IMG/VR virus record: IMGVR_UViG_3300007004_000007
Span: 1 to 35,196 of that record
From: a virus
Taxonomy: Duplodnaviria > Caudoviricetes
DNA: 35,196 bases
Strand: one strand, 5' to 3'
Below are positions 15,852 through 24,398 of the stretch, in pieces. A model generated the notes under the pieces. That model made no database searches. It was not told the origin of the DNA and was given only the letters and a program-made list of their open reading frames with translations. Made by a program: the position numbers and the translations under genes. Position 1 is the first letter of the stretch. Every line of letters begins with the position of its first letter.

Positions 15852-17567
15852 ATGCCATTCCAGATCCCCGCCGACCTGACCGTTTTCTCAGTCGCCGGAC
15901 TTGAAGACCTGCTACGAGTCGCCACCGACGAGCTTCGCACCCTGCGAGCCACCGTCAGCGACCCTGAGACCGTTGACGCCGAAACGCTGGAGCGGGTCAC
16001 CGAACTTCACGCCTTCGCCACCTCAACCCGTGACGAGATCAACGGACGGCGTGAGCGCGCGACCACCTTCGCCACGCTGAACCTCGACGACCTGAGCCCA
16101 ACCCCGCCAGCTGAGCCGGTCACACCAGCTGAGCCAGCTCCCGTGATGGAACCTGAGGTCATCGTCGCCTCCGTGGACGACATCGTCCCGCCAGCAGCAC
16201 CGGCCAGTGCCCCAGCCCGGGTCACCATGGCCCAGGTCGCCGAAGTCGCCCCGCAGGCCGAGCTGGTCCTCACCGAGGAAAGCTGGCTGGGACCGAACCA
16301 CAGCCTCGTCGCCGCCAACAACCTGCCAGGTGTGTCCGACGGCCGCGAGTTCACCAGCTGGCGAGACTTCGCCGACGCGTTCAGCTCACGGGTCCGGACA
16401 TACCCGAAGTCCGGTGCGTCCACCAACGTTCTTCAGCACCCGATCGCTGAGCTTCGCCGCAACTTCTCACCCGAGTTCGTCCTCACCGAGGAGATGGGCG
16501 AAGAGTCGATGCACCAGGTTCTCCTGCGTGCGGCTGACGAGACCCGGCTGGAAGGCGGCTCACTTGTCGCGGCCAACGGCTGGTGCTCACCTTCGGAGAC
16601 CCTGTACACCACCTGCCTCCAGATTGCCACGGACGGCATGTGGCAGGGGCCTGAGGTTCTGGCCCGTCGTGGTGGAATCCGGCACAACCAGGGCATCGAG
16701 TTCGATTCGATCTTCGGCACCGGCACCGGCTTTAACGAGCTGACCGAAGCCGAGGTCATCGCCGATACCACAAAAACTTGTGTCGAAATCCCATGTCCCC
16801 CGTTTGTGGACGATCGTCTCAAGGTGACCGTTCTGTGCCTGACCGGTGCCATCTTGCAGAACCGGGCATACCCGGAGTTCGTCAGCACCTTCGTCCAGGG
16901 TGCGCTGGCGGCCTACGCCCACTTCGTCAACCGCGAGATCATCGCCGACATCGTTGCCGGGTCAACAGCTGTCGCCCCGTCAACGGTCAGCCCATGGTCG
17001 TCTGACAACAGCCTCATCTCCAACGTGCTCGGCATCGTTGAGATGGCCATCGTCGACATCCAGTACCGGCTGCGCATGGCACAGAACTCAACCGTCGAAA
17101 TCGTTCTGCCGTACTGGCTCAAGGCCCTGTTCCGTCAGGACTTCAGCCGCCGCACCGGTTTCGACGGCGTGGGTCTGACCGACGCTGACATCACCGCCTG
17201 GTTCACCATGCGCAACGCTCGGGTCCAGTGGGTCTACGACTGGCAGGACGCTTTCTCAGGTGTGGTCACCGGACCTGGTGCGGATACTCCGATCTCGACT
17301 CTGCCAGCTCTGGTCACGCCGAAGCAGCTTCAGTTCCTGGCCTACCCTGCTGGAACGTGGGTTCTGGCACGTCAGGACGTTATTCGTCTTGAGTCTATCT
17401 ATGACTCGGTGAACCTGCCGCAGAACCTGGTGACTCAGCTGTTCATGGAAGACGGCTGGGCCGTGATGCGCATGTGCCCACTGAGCCGTGTCTACACCAT
17501 CGACATCTGCCCATCTGGTGCTACTTCGGCTCTCCAGACCGTCGTCTGCACCGACATCACTGTCTAA
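15852..17567 (+). CDS. major capsid (hexamer) protein with N-terminal scaffold-like region
   Basis: AAGGA SD; helical/Pro-rich N-terminus, then LVAANGWCSPSETLY, K.CVEIPCP.F.D.RL, ILQNRAYPE, QWVYDWQ. Confidence 0.9.
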   Translation: MPFQIPADLTVFSVAGLEDLLRVATDELRTLRATVSDPETVDAETLERVTELHAFATSTRDEINGRRERATTFATLNLDDLSPTPPAEPVTPAEPAPVMEPEVIVASVDDIVPPAAPASAPARVTMAQVAEVAPQAELVLTEESWLGPNHSLVAANNLPGVSDGREFTSWRDFADAFSSRVRTYPKSGASTNVLQHPIAELRRNFSPEFVLTEEMGEESMHQVLLRAADETRLEGGSLVAANGWCSPSETLYTTCLQIATDGMWQGPEVLARRGGIRHNQGIEFDSIFGTGTGFNELTEAEVIADTTKTCVEIPCPPFVDDRLKVTVLCLTGAILQNRAYPEFVSTFVQGALAAYAHFVNREIIADIVAGSTAVAPSTVSPWSSDNSLISNVLGIVEMAIVDIQYRLRMAQNSTVEIVLPYWLKALFRQDFSRRTGFDGVGLTDADITAWFTMRNARVQWVYDWQDAFSGVVTGPGADTPISTLPALVTPKQLQFLAYPAGTWVLARQDVIRLESIYDSVNLPQNLVTQLFMEDGWAVMRMCPLSRVYTIDICPSGATSALQTVVCTDITV

Positions 17568-17577
17568 CTCCTAAGTG

Positions 17578-17601
17578 GGGGGCCTGGGAAACCGGGCCCC
17601 C
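17578..17601 (+). terminator. GAAA-tetraloop hairpin after capsid gene
   Basis: GGGGGCCTGG-GAAA-CCGGGCCCCC with only TT after it. Confidence 0.6.
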
Positions 17602-17632
17602 TTAAGCCACGAGGCCACGAAAGGAGAATCGG

Positions 17633-18481
17633 ATGGCAGTCCTGGCAAACATGCGAGAACTGGTGCGCCGACCTGGCAGCATCACCCCGCAGTATGGCCT
17701 TTTCACCGTCGCCCAGGCGATGGGCACCCTGTCGGATCAGCTCCCCATCCATGCCCGCCAAGGCGGTGTGGAATATGAGACAGCTGTTTGCGACCAGCCG
17801 GTCTGCTTTGAGACCAACTGCCTGGCGGACCTGGGTGCGAAAGCGCCCGGCGAACCATACGACGTCATCTCCGGTGACCCGTTCGTTGTCCTGACCTCGC
17901 TGCTATGCGGCTCGGTGGGGATGACGGACGAAGGCCTGCGGGACAAGTTGCGTGAGCGGGCCATCGCTGGCGAGCAGATGACTGTGGAGGAAACGTTTTC
18001 CACAGGTGTCTGCGGCCAGGCACCCAGCCTCGCCAACAACACCCCAGCCGCCACAAGCCTAGGTGCCGCAACGAATGTGGTCGAAGCCGTCTCGGCTTTG
18101 GAGGCAGCGTTCTACGCGGGCTACGGCCTGCCTGGGGTGCTGCACATCCCCTACGCCGGTTCAGCTTTCCTGATGCAGGCCATGCAGATGTACCGCGACT
18201 CGGCTGGCGTGTGGCGCACACCTTTGGGCACCTACGTGTCCATCGGCAACTACGCCGGGCTCAGCCCGGCTGGTGTGGCCCCAGCCGCCAACACTACCTG
18301 GTTCTACATCACTGGTCAGGTGTCGATCTGGCGTTCGCCTGAGTCCGACGTCTTCTACTCGCCCCTGTCGGCTGCCCTGAACCGTTCCACCAACCAGGTC
18401 AACGGCATCCGGGAGCGCGAATACATCGTGACGTTCGAATGTGCCGCTTTCGCTTCCAACCCAACCTTGGATGTGGTGTGA
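17633..18481 (+). CDS. major capsid pentamer-like protein
   Basis: Follows the hexamer gene; YGLF.VA, GGVEY...C, PFVV...C, EQ..VE, T.LGT.V..G.Y as in cluster B-type second capsid genes. Confidence 0.65.
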   Translation: MAVLANMRELVRRPGSITPQYGLFTVAQAMGTLSDQLPIHARQGGVEYETAVCDQPVCFETNCLADLGAKAPGEPYDVISGDPFVVLTSLLCGSVGMTDEGLRDKLRERAIAGEQMTVEETFSTGVCGQAPSLANNTPAATSLGAATNVVEAVSALEAAFYAGYGLPGVLHIPYAGSAFLMQAMQMYRDSAGVWRTPLGTYVSIGNYAGLSPAGVAPAANTTWFYITGQVSIWRSPESDVFYSPLSAALNRSTNQVNGIREREYIVTFECAAFASNPTLDVV

Positions 18482-18482
18482 C

Positions 18483-18737
18483 ATGGCTGTTATCTACCCG
18501 CCACGTGGCAAGGACAAAGACAAGGAAACAGCTCAGCTACTTCTTGCTTTGGCCAACAACCGGCGCGACGTCAAAACCAACACCGATAACGGTTTCGCCT
18601 TCATCGTCCCCGAGTATCTGCACGAGCTGTACTTGGAAGCTTTGAAACCTGAAGTCGAGCCGGTTGTCGCCGACCAGTTCAAACGCCGTCCCGGTCGTCC
18701 TCGCAAAGTCAACGTCGTAGAAGCTGAAGGTGACTGA
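18483..18737 (+). CDS. hypothetical head-module protein with AT-hook-like motif
   Basis: TAQLLLALA...DV.T....F.VP; C-terminal KRRPGRPRK. Confidence 0.7.
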   Translation: MAVIYPPRGKDKDKETAQLLLALANNRRDVKTNTDNGFAFIVPEYLHELYLEALKPEVEPVVADQFKRRPGRPRKVNVVEAEGD

Positions 18738-19660
18738 TGGCAACTATTTGCGCCACACCGTTTAAGGTCCCCCGCATCCGGGCCACACTGCTCGACGAGT
18801 GCGGCGAGCCAATTGAGGGCGACTGCTCCACTGTGGTCTCCGACGGCATCATCACCGTTGAGATCGCCCGGGAGTATGAGGACCGGGAAGACTTCTTCAA
18901 GAAGAACGGCGACGGCATTTTCTGCGTCAAGGAAACAGATCCACCGATCCTCAAGTGGATCAACTTGACGATGACGTTCTGCAACGTCGACCCGGAGCTG
19001 GTCAACATCCTCGCCGGGGAAAGCGTCACCACCGACAACGCCGCAACCCCGAATGTCATCGGGTTCCGCAACTCCGAAGGCTCCTCAGCCAACGTCAACG
19101 CAGCTGTTGAGGTGTGGACAAGGACCACCGGCAACCCATGTGTCGAAGGCGCTCCGGCTCCACGGTTCGGCTACCTGCTGTTCCCCTGGTTCGTCGAAGG
19201 CACCATCGGTGACCTGACCCTGGAAAACGGGGCAGCTGACTTCGTTCTTCAGGGCCGCACCAAGTCCGGTGGCACCTGGGGTGTGGGACCTTACACGGTT
19301 CAGCACTCCCAGGCCGCAGCCACATTGGGTGACCCCATTCCGCTGCTGAGCCCCGTGGGTTCAACGGACCATGAGCTGTGGCTGTGGAGCACCCTGGCAC
19401 CACCGCTGGCCGCTTGTGGCTGCATTGAGCTGCCGCTGCCTTTGGTCGCAGCTGACACAGGTGTCCTGACTGCCACGGTCACCATCCCGACCGGCACACT
19501 GCCAGCCATCGTCGACTGGGGCGATGCGACACCAACGGAAACCGTTCTCACTGGCCCGACAGTCAGCCACGTCTACGGCGCTCCGGGCACCTACCTGATT
19601 CGTCTTTGGCCGATGGACTTCTCATCTGCCGCCTACCAGATTTCTCTGGCCGTAGCGTAG
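18737..19660 (+). CDS. major tail (tube) protein with C-terminal PKD/Ig-like domain
   Basis: R.T.LD.CG, KNGDG.FCV, FCNVDP, WGVGPY; PKD signature VDWGD...SHVYGAPGTY. Confidence 0.85.
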   Translation: MATICATPFKVPRIRATLLDECGEPIEGDCSTVVSDGIITVEIAREYEDREDFFKKNGDGIFCVKETDPPILKWINLTMTFCNVDPELVNILAGESVTTDNAATPNVIGFRNSEGSSANVNAAVEVWTRTTGNPCVEGAPAPRFGYLLFPWFVEGTIGDLTLENGAADFVLQGRTKSGGTWGVGPYTVQHSQAAATLGDPIPLLSPVGSTDHELWLWSTLAPPLAACGCIELPLPLVAADTGVLTATVTIPTGTLPAIVDWGDATPTETVLTGPTVSHVYGAPGTYLIRLWPMDFSSAAYQISLAVA

Positions 19661-19675
19661 TAAGGAGAGCCCACC

Positions 19676-20215
19676 ATGGCTGGCAGTTTGACCATCACAA
19701 CCGATACCTACGCCCAGCTGAAGCAAGTGTTTCAGCGGGTCCTTTGCTGGGCTGGCACTGACCGCAAGAAGGTATTCACCAGCTCGGCCACTCCGGTCCT
19801 TTCCATTGTTATTCCGGAAGCTGTTTTCGCCGGGAAGGGTGCGCTTGTCCTTAAGCGAGCCGGAACTGACCTGGTGGCCGGTTATGTCGCGGGGACGAAT
19901 ATCGTCGCCAACGCAGGCAATGCTGCTGCCGTTGAGCAGAATGTGAATACCTGCCCATCATCGGCTGCTCAGCCGACTGTCACCAGCTTTACCACAAATG
20001 TTGGCGGCAATCCATTGGCAACTTCCCTGGTGTATGCCAATGTTGTTGCAGCTGGCACGGTCAACATCTTCTGGGGCGATGGCACTTCAAGCCTGGCTCA
20101 GGCTGAAGCGGCAACAATCGCACACACCTATCCAAACAATGGCGTTTACACCATCACTGTCCAAGACGTCTCCGTGCCAACCGATCAGGCTCTTACAACG
20201 GTTCACGTTCCGTAA
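19676..20215 (+). CDS. PKD-domain virion protein
   Basis: IFWGDGTSS...AHTYPNNGVYTITV. Confidence 0.7.
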   Translation: MAGSLTITTDTYAQLKQVFQRVLCWAGTDRKKVFTSSATPVLSIVIPEAVFAGKGALVLKRAGTDLVAGYVAGTNIVANAGNAAAVEQNVNTCPSSAAQPTVTSFTTNVGGNPLATSLVYANVVAAGTVNIFWGDGTSSLAQAEAATIAHTYPNNGVYTITVQDVSVPTDQALTTVHVP

Positions 20216-20224
20216 GGAGAAGCG

Positions 20225-20758
20225 ATGGCGACAACCATCAAGAACGTAGTCAAGCGCAAGAACTCGATGGTGTATTCGGGCAGCAACTCCGCTGACCTGA
20301 ACGCGGCCATTGACGACTTCACCATCAACTCTGAGGCTGGACAGATTCTGGCGTTCACCTCGGGCGGGGAGTCTTTCACAGCGAACGCCGATGACCGTGT
20401 CGTCTTCTGGGACGGCGTGGTCCAGGCTGTTCTCGACGCCGATGACTACGAAGACGCCTACATCGAGTTCCTGACCGAGGAGCAGTCACTTCAGCTGCCG
20501 AGCGGTGCGGTGAAGGCAGCCGGTATCGCCACTGTTCCGCCTCTGGTCGCTGGGGTTCCGGTGACCATTTCGGTGGACATCAGCCCAGCGATGCCGAACA
20601 CCTCGTTCACCGCGAACGTTGACCTGTTCGGCGCGACGAACCTGTCTTCGATCACCGTGAACTCGGTGACGATCGTCGACACGGACACTGTCGACGTCAA
20701 CGTCCAGACCAGCGACGCGGTCTTCACCGGACTTCAGCTGCTGGTGACCGCTACCTGA
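20225..20758 (+). CDS. putative virion protein (beta-rich)
   Basis: AAGGAG SD; T/V/S-rich C-domain; structural operon. Confidence 0.65.
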   Translation: MATTIKNVVKRKNSMVYSGSNSADLNAAIDDFTINSEAGQILAFTSGGESFTANADDRVVFWDGVVQAVLDADDYEDAYIEFLTEEQSLQLPSGAVKAAGIATVPPLVAGVPVTISVDISPAMPNTSFTANVDLFGATNLSSITVNSVTIVDTDTVDVNVQTSDAVFTGLQLLVTAT

Positions 20759-20773
20759 TCCACGGGTAACAGC

Positions 20774-20806
20774 GAAGGGGCACACTCATCCGGGTGTGCC
20801 CCTTTT
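20774..20806 (+). terminator. intrinsic terminator
   Basis: AAGGGGCACAC...GTGTGCCCCTT stem ending in a TTTT run. Confidence 0.8.
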
Positions 20807-20844
20807 GCGTCTTAGGGCCTAGACTGGTGCGGAAGGGGGCGAAT

Positions 20845-21648
20845 GTGGCAATTGAAACCATCCCGCTTGACACCGGGGACCCGGGCGGCCCATGCACCTG
20901 GGCCATTGACACGGACTGCTGCTCCACCTGGGATGACCTGGGGGCCCCGCTGCAAGCCTCAGCAGCCGCTTACGCCTCCCTGGTCCTGTGGGGCGCCACG
21001 GGCCGTAGGTTCGGCCTGTGTGAGATGACGGTGCGGCCCTGCGGTCAACCATGCGCCAACAGCTACCAGGGTGCCTACTGGTCCTACGGGACGTGGATCC
21101 CCTACATCTGGAACGGTGCCTGGCGTAACTGCTGGTGTGGATCCACGGGCTGCACCTGTGAGCCACGCTGCCAGGTTTACCTACCCGGCCCCGTCAACTC
21201 AGTCACCACCGTCACCCAGAATGGGCTTGTCGTCCCAGCCGCATCCTGGCGAGTTGACAACAACAAGTGGTTGGTGAGGACAGACGGCGAATGCTGGCCC
21301 GACTGTCAAGATCTCAACGTCGATTCGGGTGACAACACGCTCAGTGTTGTGTATCAGCGGGGTCAGGCTGTTCCGGCCGCCCTGGCTTCGGCCACGGGAA
21401 TTTTGAGTTGCGAATTCGCGAAGGCCTGCTGTGGTTCACCATGTCGGCTGCCTCAGCGCTTGAGCACCGTAGCTCGCCAGGGCGTACAGCTCACCTTCAT
21501 CGATATAGATACATTGCTCGATAGAGGCTTGACTGGTATCACCGAGGTGGATCAGATCATCGCTTCGCTCAACCCGTATGGGCTCAAACATCGCCTGCGC
21601 GTCTATTCTCCCGACCTCCCAGCAGTTCGGCAGGTGACCATCCCATGA
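20845..21648 (+). CDS. head-to-tail adaptor
   Basis: LW.ATGRRFG.C...VRPC, L.R.DG.CWP.CQD, L.CEF.KAC....CRLP.R...V.RQGV, TGI.EVD. Confidence 0.8.
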   Translation: MAIETIPLDTGDPGGPCTWAIDTDCCSTWDDLGAPLQASAAAYASLVLWGATGRRFGLCEMTVRPCGQPCANSYQGAYWSYGTWIPYIWNGAWRNCWCGSTGCTCEPRCQVYLPGPVNSVTTVTQNGLVVPAASWRVDNNKWLVRTDGECWPDCQDLNVDSGDNTLSVVYQRGQAVPAALASATGILSCEFAKACCGSPCRLPQRLSTVARQGVQLTFIDIDTLLDRGLTGITEVDQIIASLNPYGLKHRLRVYSPDLPAVRQVTIP

Positions 21649-22178
21649 CGGATCTTCTCATCCTCCCCGTCGCTGAGGCGCTTCTAGAGTGTCTTCGCGT
21701 CGCGCTTCCGCTGGAGATGGACACAGATAAAGTCCCGGATGAGACCTGTTTCCGCACAGGAGAGATCGTCTCCTCTGATGCCAGTGTCTACGACGACCTG
21801 TGCTGCTCCGGTTTGGCCTGGGTCCGACCAGTCACCATGTTCTCCACCAATGAGGACTTCCCCAACCCTGACACCGCTTCGGTTGTCAACGCCTGCGGGC
21901 CTTTCGCCTGGGGACTGACCTTGGAGATGGGTGTTCTGCGTTGCGCCCCAACAGGTTCAGCCACCACCATCCCCACCTGTGAGCAGTGGACGGAGCTGAA
22001 CACTGACATCTTCAACGATGCTCGGGCGATGCGCCGGGCCATGTGCTGCTGGATTGGCCAGTTCGACCCGAGTTCTGTGGCCATTGGATCCTGGTCGCCT
22101 TTGCCGACAACGGGCGGATGTGCTGGATCCACTTGGCAGGTCACGGTGCAGATCATCAACGATTGTGAGCCGTGCTGA
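21645..22178 (+). CDS. neck/tail terminator-like protein
   Basis: Follows the adaptor; CC.GLAWVR, LEMGVLRCAP, W.P....GGC.G..W. Confidence 0.6.
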   Translation: MTDLLILPVAEALLECLRVALPLEMDTDKVPDETCFRTGEIVSSDASVYDDLCCSGLAWVRPVTMFSTNEDFPNPDTASVVNACGPFAWGLTLEMGVLRCAPTGSATTIPTCEQWTELNTDIFNDARAMRRAMCCWIGQFDPSSVAIGSWSPLPTTGGCAGSTWQVTVQIINDCEPC

Positions 22179-22351
22179 TGCTTCCCATTACAGACGCCCT
22201 GTATCGCGAGGCGTATGCGCGCAATAGCGAGTGGAAAGCTATCGTGCCGCGTTGGCTGTATGACCGTGGCGTCAAGGCGTATGGCGAGGAATGGATGAGC
22301 CGACTATTCACACCGGTTGATGACTTCAGGGAGGGCAACGCTGATGGCTAA
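22178..22351 (+). CDS. 57-aa hypothetical protein
   Basis: TGATG-coupled ORF MLPITDALYREAY... filling the gap; absent from the ORF track. Confidence 0.6.
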   Translation: MLPITDALYREAYARNSEWKAIVPRWLYDRGVKAYGEEWMSRLFTPVDDFREGNADG

Positions 22352-22535
22352 GATCATCAAAGAGGTCCTTCGTCCCCACCCATGTCACGTGGAATTGGCT
22401 CAGCAGGTGGAGCTGGCGAACCTGTGGGTTGGTTCGCAGGTGCAATGCTCATGCGGTCAGATGTTTCGCCGAGCCGATGATCAGCGCGACGGTTTGCATT
22501 GGGTCAAGTTCCAACCGACGACGGTTGTTTGCTGA
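22344..22535 (+). CDS. small HxC/CxC protein, paralog 1
   Basis: GGAGG SD; PHPC...LWVGSQVQCSCGQMFRRADDQR...W. Confidence 0.7.
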   Translation: MAKIIKEVLRPHPCHVELAQQVELANLWVGSQVQCSCGQMFRRADDQRDGLHWVKFQPTTVVC

Positions 22536-22750
22536 TGGCTGAGATCCTTTATGAGGTTCCCTTCCCCCATGGGTGTTACATGGAACTGAACACGTTGAAG
22601 GAACTGTGGATCGGCTCTGTTGTCCGATGCTCATGTGGTCAGGTTTACCGCCGCGAAGATGATCAGCGTGGCGCATACTGGGGCAAGATCATGGTGTGGC
22701 CAAACGACAAGCAAAACAGGGAAAGGCAGCCCGACGATGCGACGATTTGA
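22535..22750 (+). CDS. small HxC/CxC protein, paralog 2
   Basis: PHGC...LWIGSVVRCSCGQVYRREDDQR...W; TGATG-coupled. Confidence 0.7.
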   Translation: MAEILYEVPFPHGCYMELNTLKELWIGSVVRCSCGQVYRREDDQRGAYWGKIMVWPNDKQNRERQPDDATI

Positions 22751-23042
22751 AGCTCTGACCGACCTGGGATCCTACCGCTTCGGCAAGATCTACACCTTCG
22801 ACAAGGTGCCTCAGGTGGTGCTCAACGCCGCCCAGGTGGGTCTCATGCGTGAACTGCCGCCACTGCGTCAGGGCGGAATCATCACCTCAGGAAGCGTCTG
22901 GAACCGCCAAGTCGGTGAGTATGTCGTCCCCACCATCGTGCCCAAGGCAGCACCGGCTAAGCGAGGCCGTCGCAAGGTCAGCAGGCTGGAGCAACTGGGT
23001 GAGGATGTGGCGCAGGAGATCGCGCAAGCCAGGGGCGAGTAA
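22737..23042 (+). CDS. hypothetical protein
   Basis: GAAAGG SD before ATG 22737; basic C-terminal patch. Confidence 0.6.
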   Translation: MRRFEALTDLGSYRFGKIYTFDKVPQVVLNAAQVGLMRELPPLRQGGIITSGSVWNRQVGEYVVPTIVPKAAPAKRGRRKVSRLEQLGEDVAQEIAQARGE

Positions 23043-23470
23043 TGGCCCGTCTTGAGTTCAAGCCAGGTGCCGTCCCCGCTTTCGCCAACGCCAGAGCAAT
23101 CCCTTTGGTCCGTGAAACGCTAAGGGTCACAGCTGCCCATGCCAAACGTTTGGCACCCGGCGGCTCCTACTCCACCGGCACGTTGAAGAACTCAATCAAA
23201 TGGGAAGTCACTCGGATCTGGCGTGGCGGGGTCCAGGGCGAAGCAGGCTCCGACCTGATCTACGCCAACTCAGTTCACGGTGGGCAACCGGCAAGAAAGA
23301 TTACGGCGAAGCGGGCCAAGAACCTAAGATTTTTCTGGCGTCGAACCGGTCAGGTGGAAACTTTCCGGTCAGTGAACCACCCGGGGACGAAAGCTCAGCC
23401 ATACCTGACAGATGCCCTGAAACTGGCTGCTGAGCGCCGAGGGTTCAAAGTCGTCATATATCCGAACTAA
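23042..23470 (+). CDS. HK97 gp10-like neck/tail completion protein
   Basis: TG.LKNSI, YA..VH.G, LRF.W, VNHPGTKAQPYL. Confidence 0.8.
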   Translation: MARLEFKPGAVPAFANARAIPLVRETLRVTAAHAKRLAPGGSYSTGTLKNSIKWEVTRIWRGGVQGEAGSDLIYANSVHGGQPARKITAKRAKNLRFFWRRTGQVETFRSVNHPGTKAQPYLTDALKLAAERRGFKVVIYPN

Positions 23471-23486
23471 ACGGTAAGGTTGGGCC

Positions 23487-23843
23487 ATGACGGAACCTTC
23501 GCAGGCACGTGAGATCAAAACGTGCATTGTCGCCGGGCGGGCCATCGGGATCTACCAGCCGACCAGCGGTCAGCTGGAGACGCTGAACCGGTTGGGACGC
23601 ACGATCCAGCGTGGCACCGACGACGCCACCAGCGACTTCTGGGGCAAACAGATCGACCGACTGGGCATCCTGCTGGAAGCTTTGATCGTCGAAGGTGACC
23701 GCGACACCGTGGACATGCTGTTCTTGCAGGGCAAGCTGGATCATCTGGGCCTGCTGCGGGCTGTGTTCGATGCGATCACGCCCAAGGACAAGACGGCGGC
23801 CAAGCCGGTGAAGGCGACCAAGGCCAGTGTCCGGCGCAAGTGA
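23487..23843 (+). CDS. tail assembly chaperone (putative)
   Basis: First of two ORFs before the tape measure; helical with a basic tail. Confidence 0.6.
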   Translation: MTEPSQAREIKTCIVAGRAIGIYQPTSGQLETLNRLGRTIQRGTDDATSDFWGKQIDRLGILLEALIVEGDRDTVDMLFLQGKLDHLGLLRAVFDAITPKDKTAAKPVKATKASVRRK

Positions 23844-24351
23844 CCTGATCGCGCATCTGATCCCCTGCCCCCTGGAAGTTGATCTGCTGGGCCGCACGTT
23901 CACCATAGAAACCTTAGATGCTGTGGACTGGATCCGCGTCTTGTCCACACCGGGCTTGACCTCCTACGACATCTTCCCCGTCCTGGCTGGTCCGGATGCG
24001 GTGGAGTTCGTCGAAGATGTCCTGTGGGATGAGCTGTGGACACAAGATCAGGTTGACCGGATCGGCTTGGATGTCATCTCCGCCGTAGCCGATCGGCCCT
24101 GGTGGGTGGCGATGCGCATCCTGGCCGCCATCACCGAAGCCTGGGATCGCATCCACGTCAACGCGGCCAGGGGCATGAGCTTCGCCGGGTGGCTTGACGA
24201 GGTGTGGAGCAGGATCATGGCGGAGATGGATCCGAAGAAAGTCACCAGTTGGGTTGCCAGCGTCGAAACCCCGCCGAAAGGCTGGGAGTCGCAGGTTGAC
24301 TTCGATGCGCAGGAGCGTGCGTTCATGGCTGCGATGCGCTCAGCGATGTAA
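23827..24351 (+). CDS. second tail assembly chaperone-like protein
   Basis: Directly before the tape measure; A.DWI, RPWWVAMRI, PP.G.E motifs. Confidence 0.6.
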   Translation: MSGASDLIAHLIPCPLEVDLLGRTFTIETLDAVDWIRVLSTPGLTSYDIFPVLAGPDAVEFVEDVLWDELWTQDQVDRIGLDVISAVADRPWWVAMRILAAITEAWDRIHVNAARGMSFAGWLDEVWSRIMAEMDPKKVTSWVASVETPPKGWESQVDFDAQERAFMAAMRSAM

Positions 24352-24398
24352 AAGGGACATGATGGGCTAAGACGTCCCAAACCCCCTATGATGTACCC

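Noticed and set aside
16106-16140. CCAGCTGAGCC direct repeat in the capsid gene
   Set aside because: Encodes the PAEP linker repeat; ordinary low complexity.
22344-22750. Diversity-generating retroelement TR/VR pair
   Set aside because: No reverse transcriptase in the window; differences are not adenine-specific; both copies are coding paralogs.
23800-23843. Programmed -1 frameshift between tail chaperones
   Set aside because: No XXXYYYZ slippery heptamer; the second ORF is in the +1 frame with a stop shortly upstream and has its own GTG.
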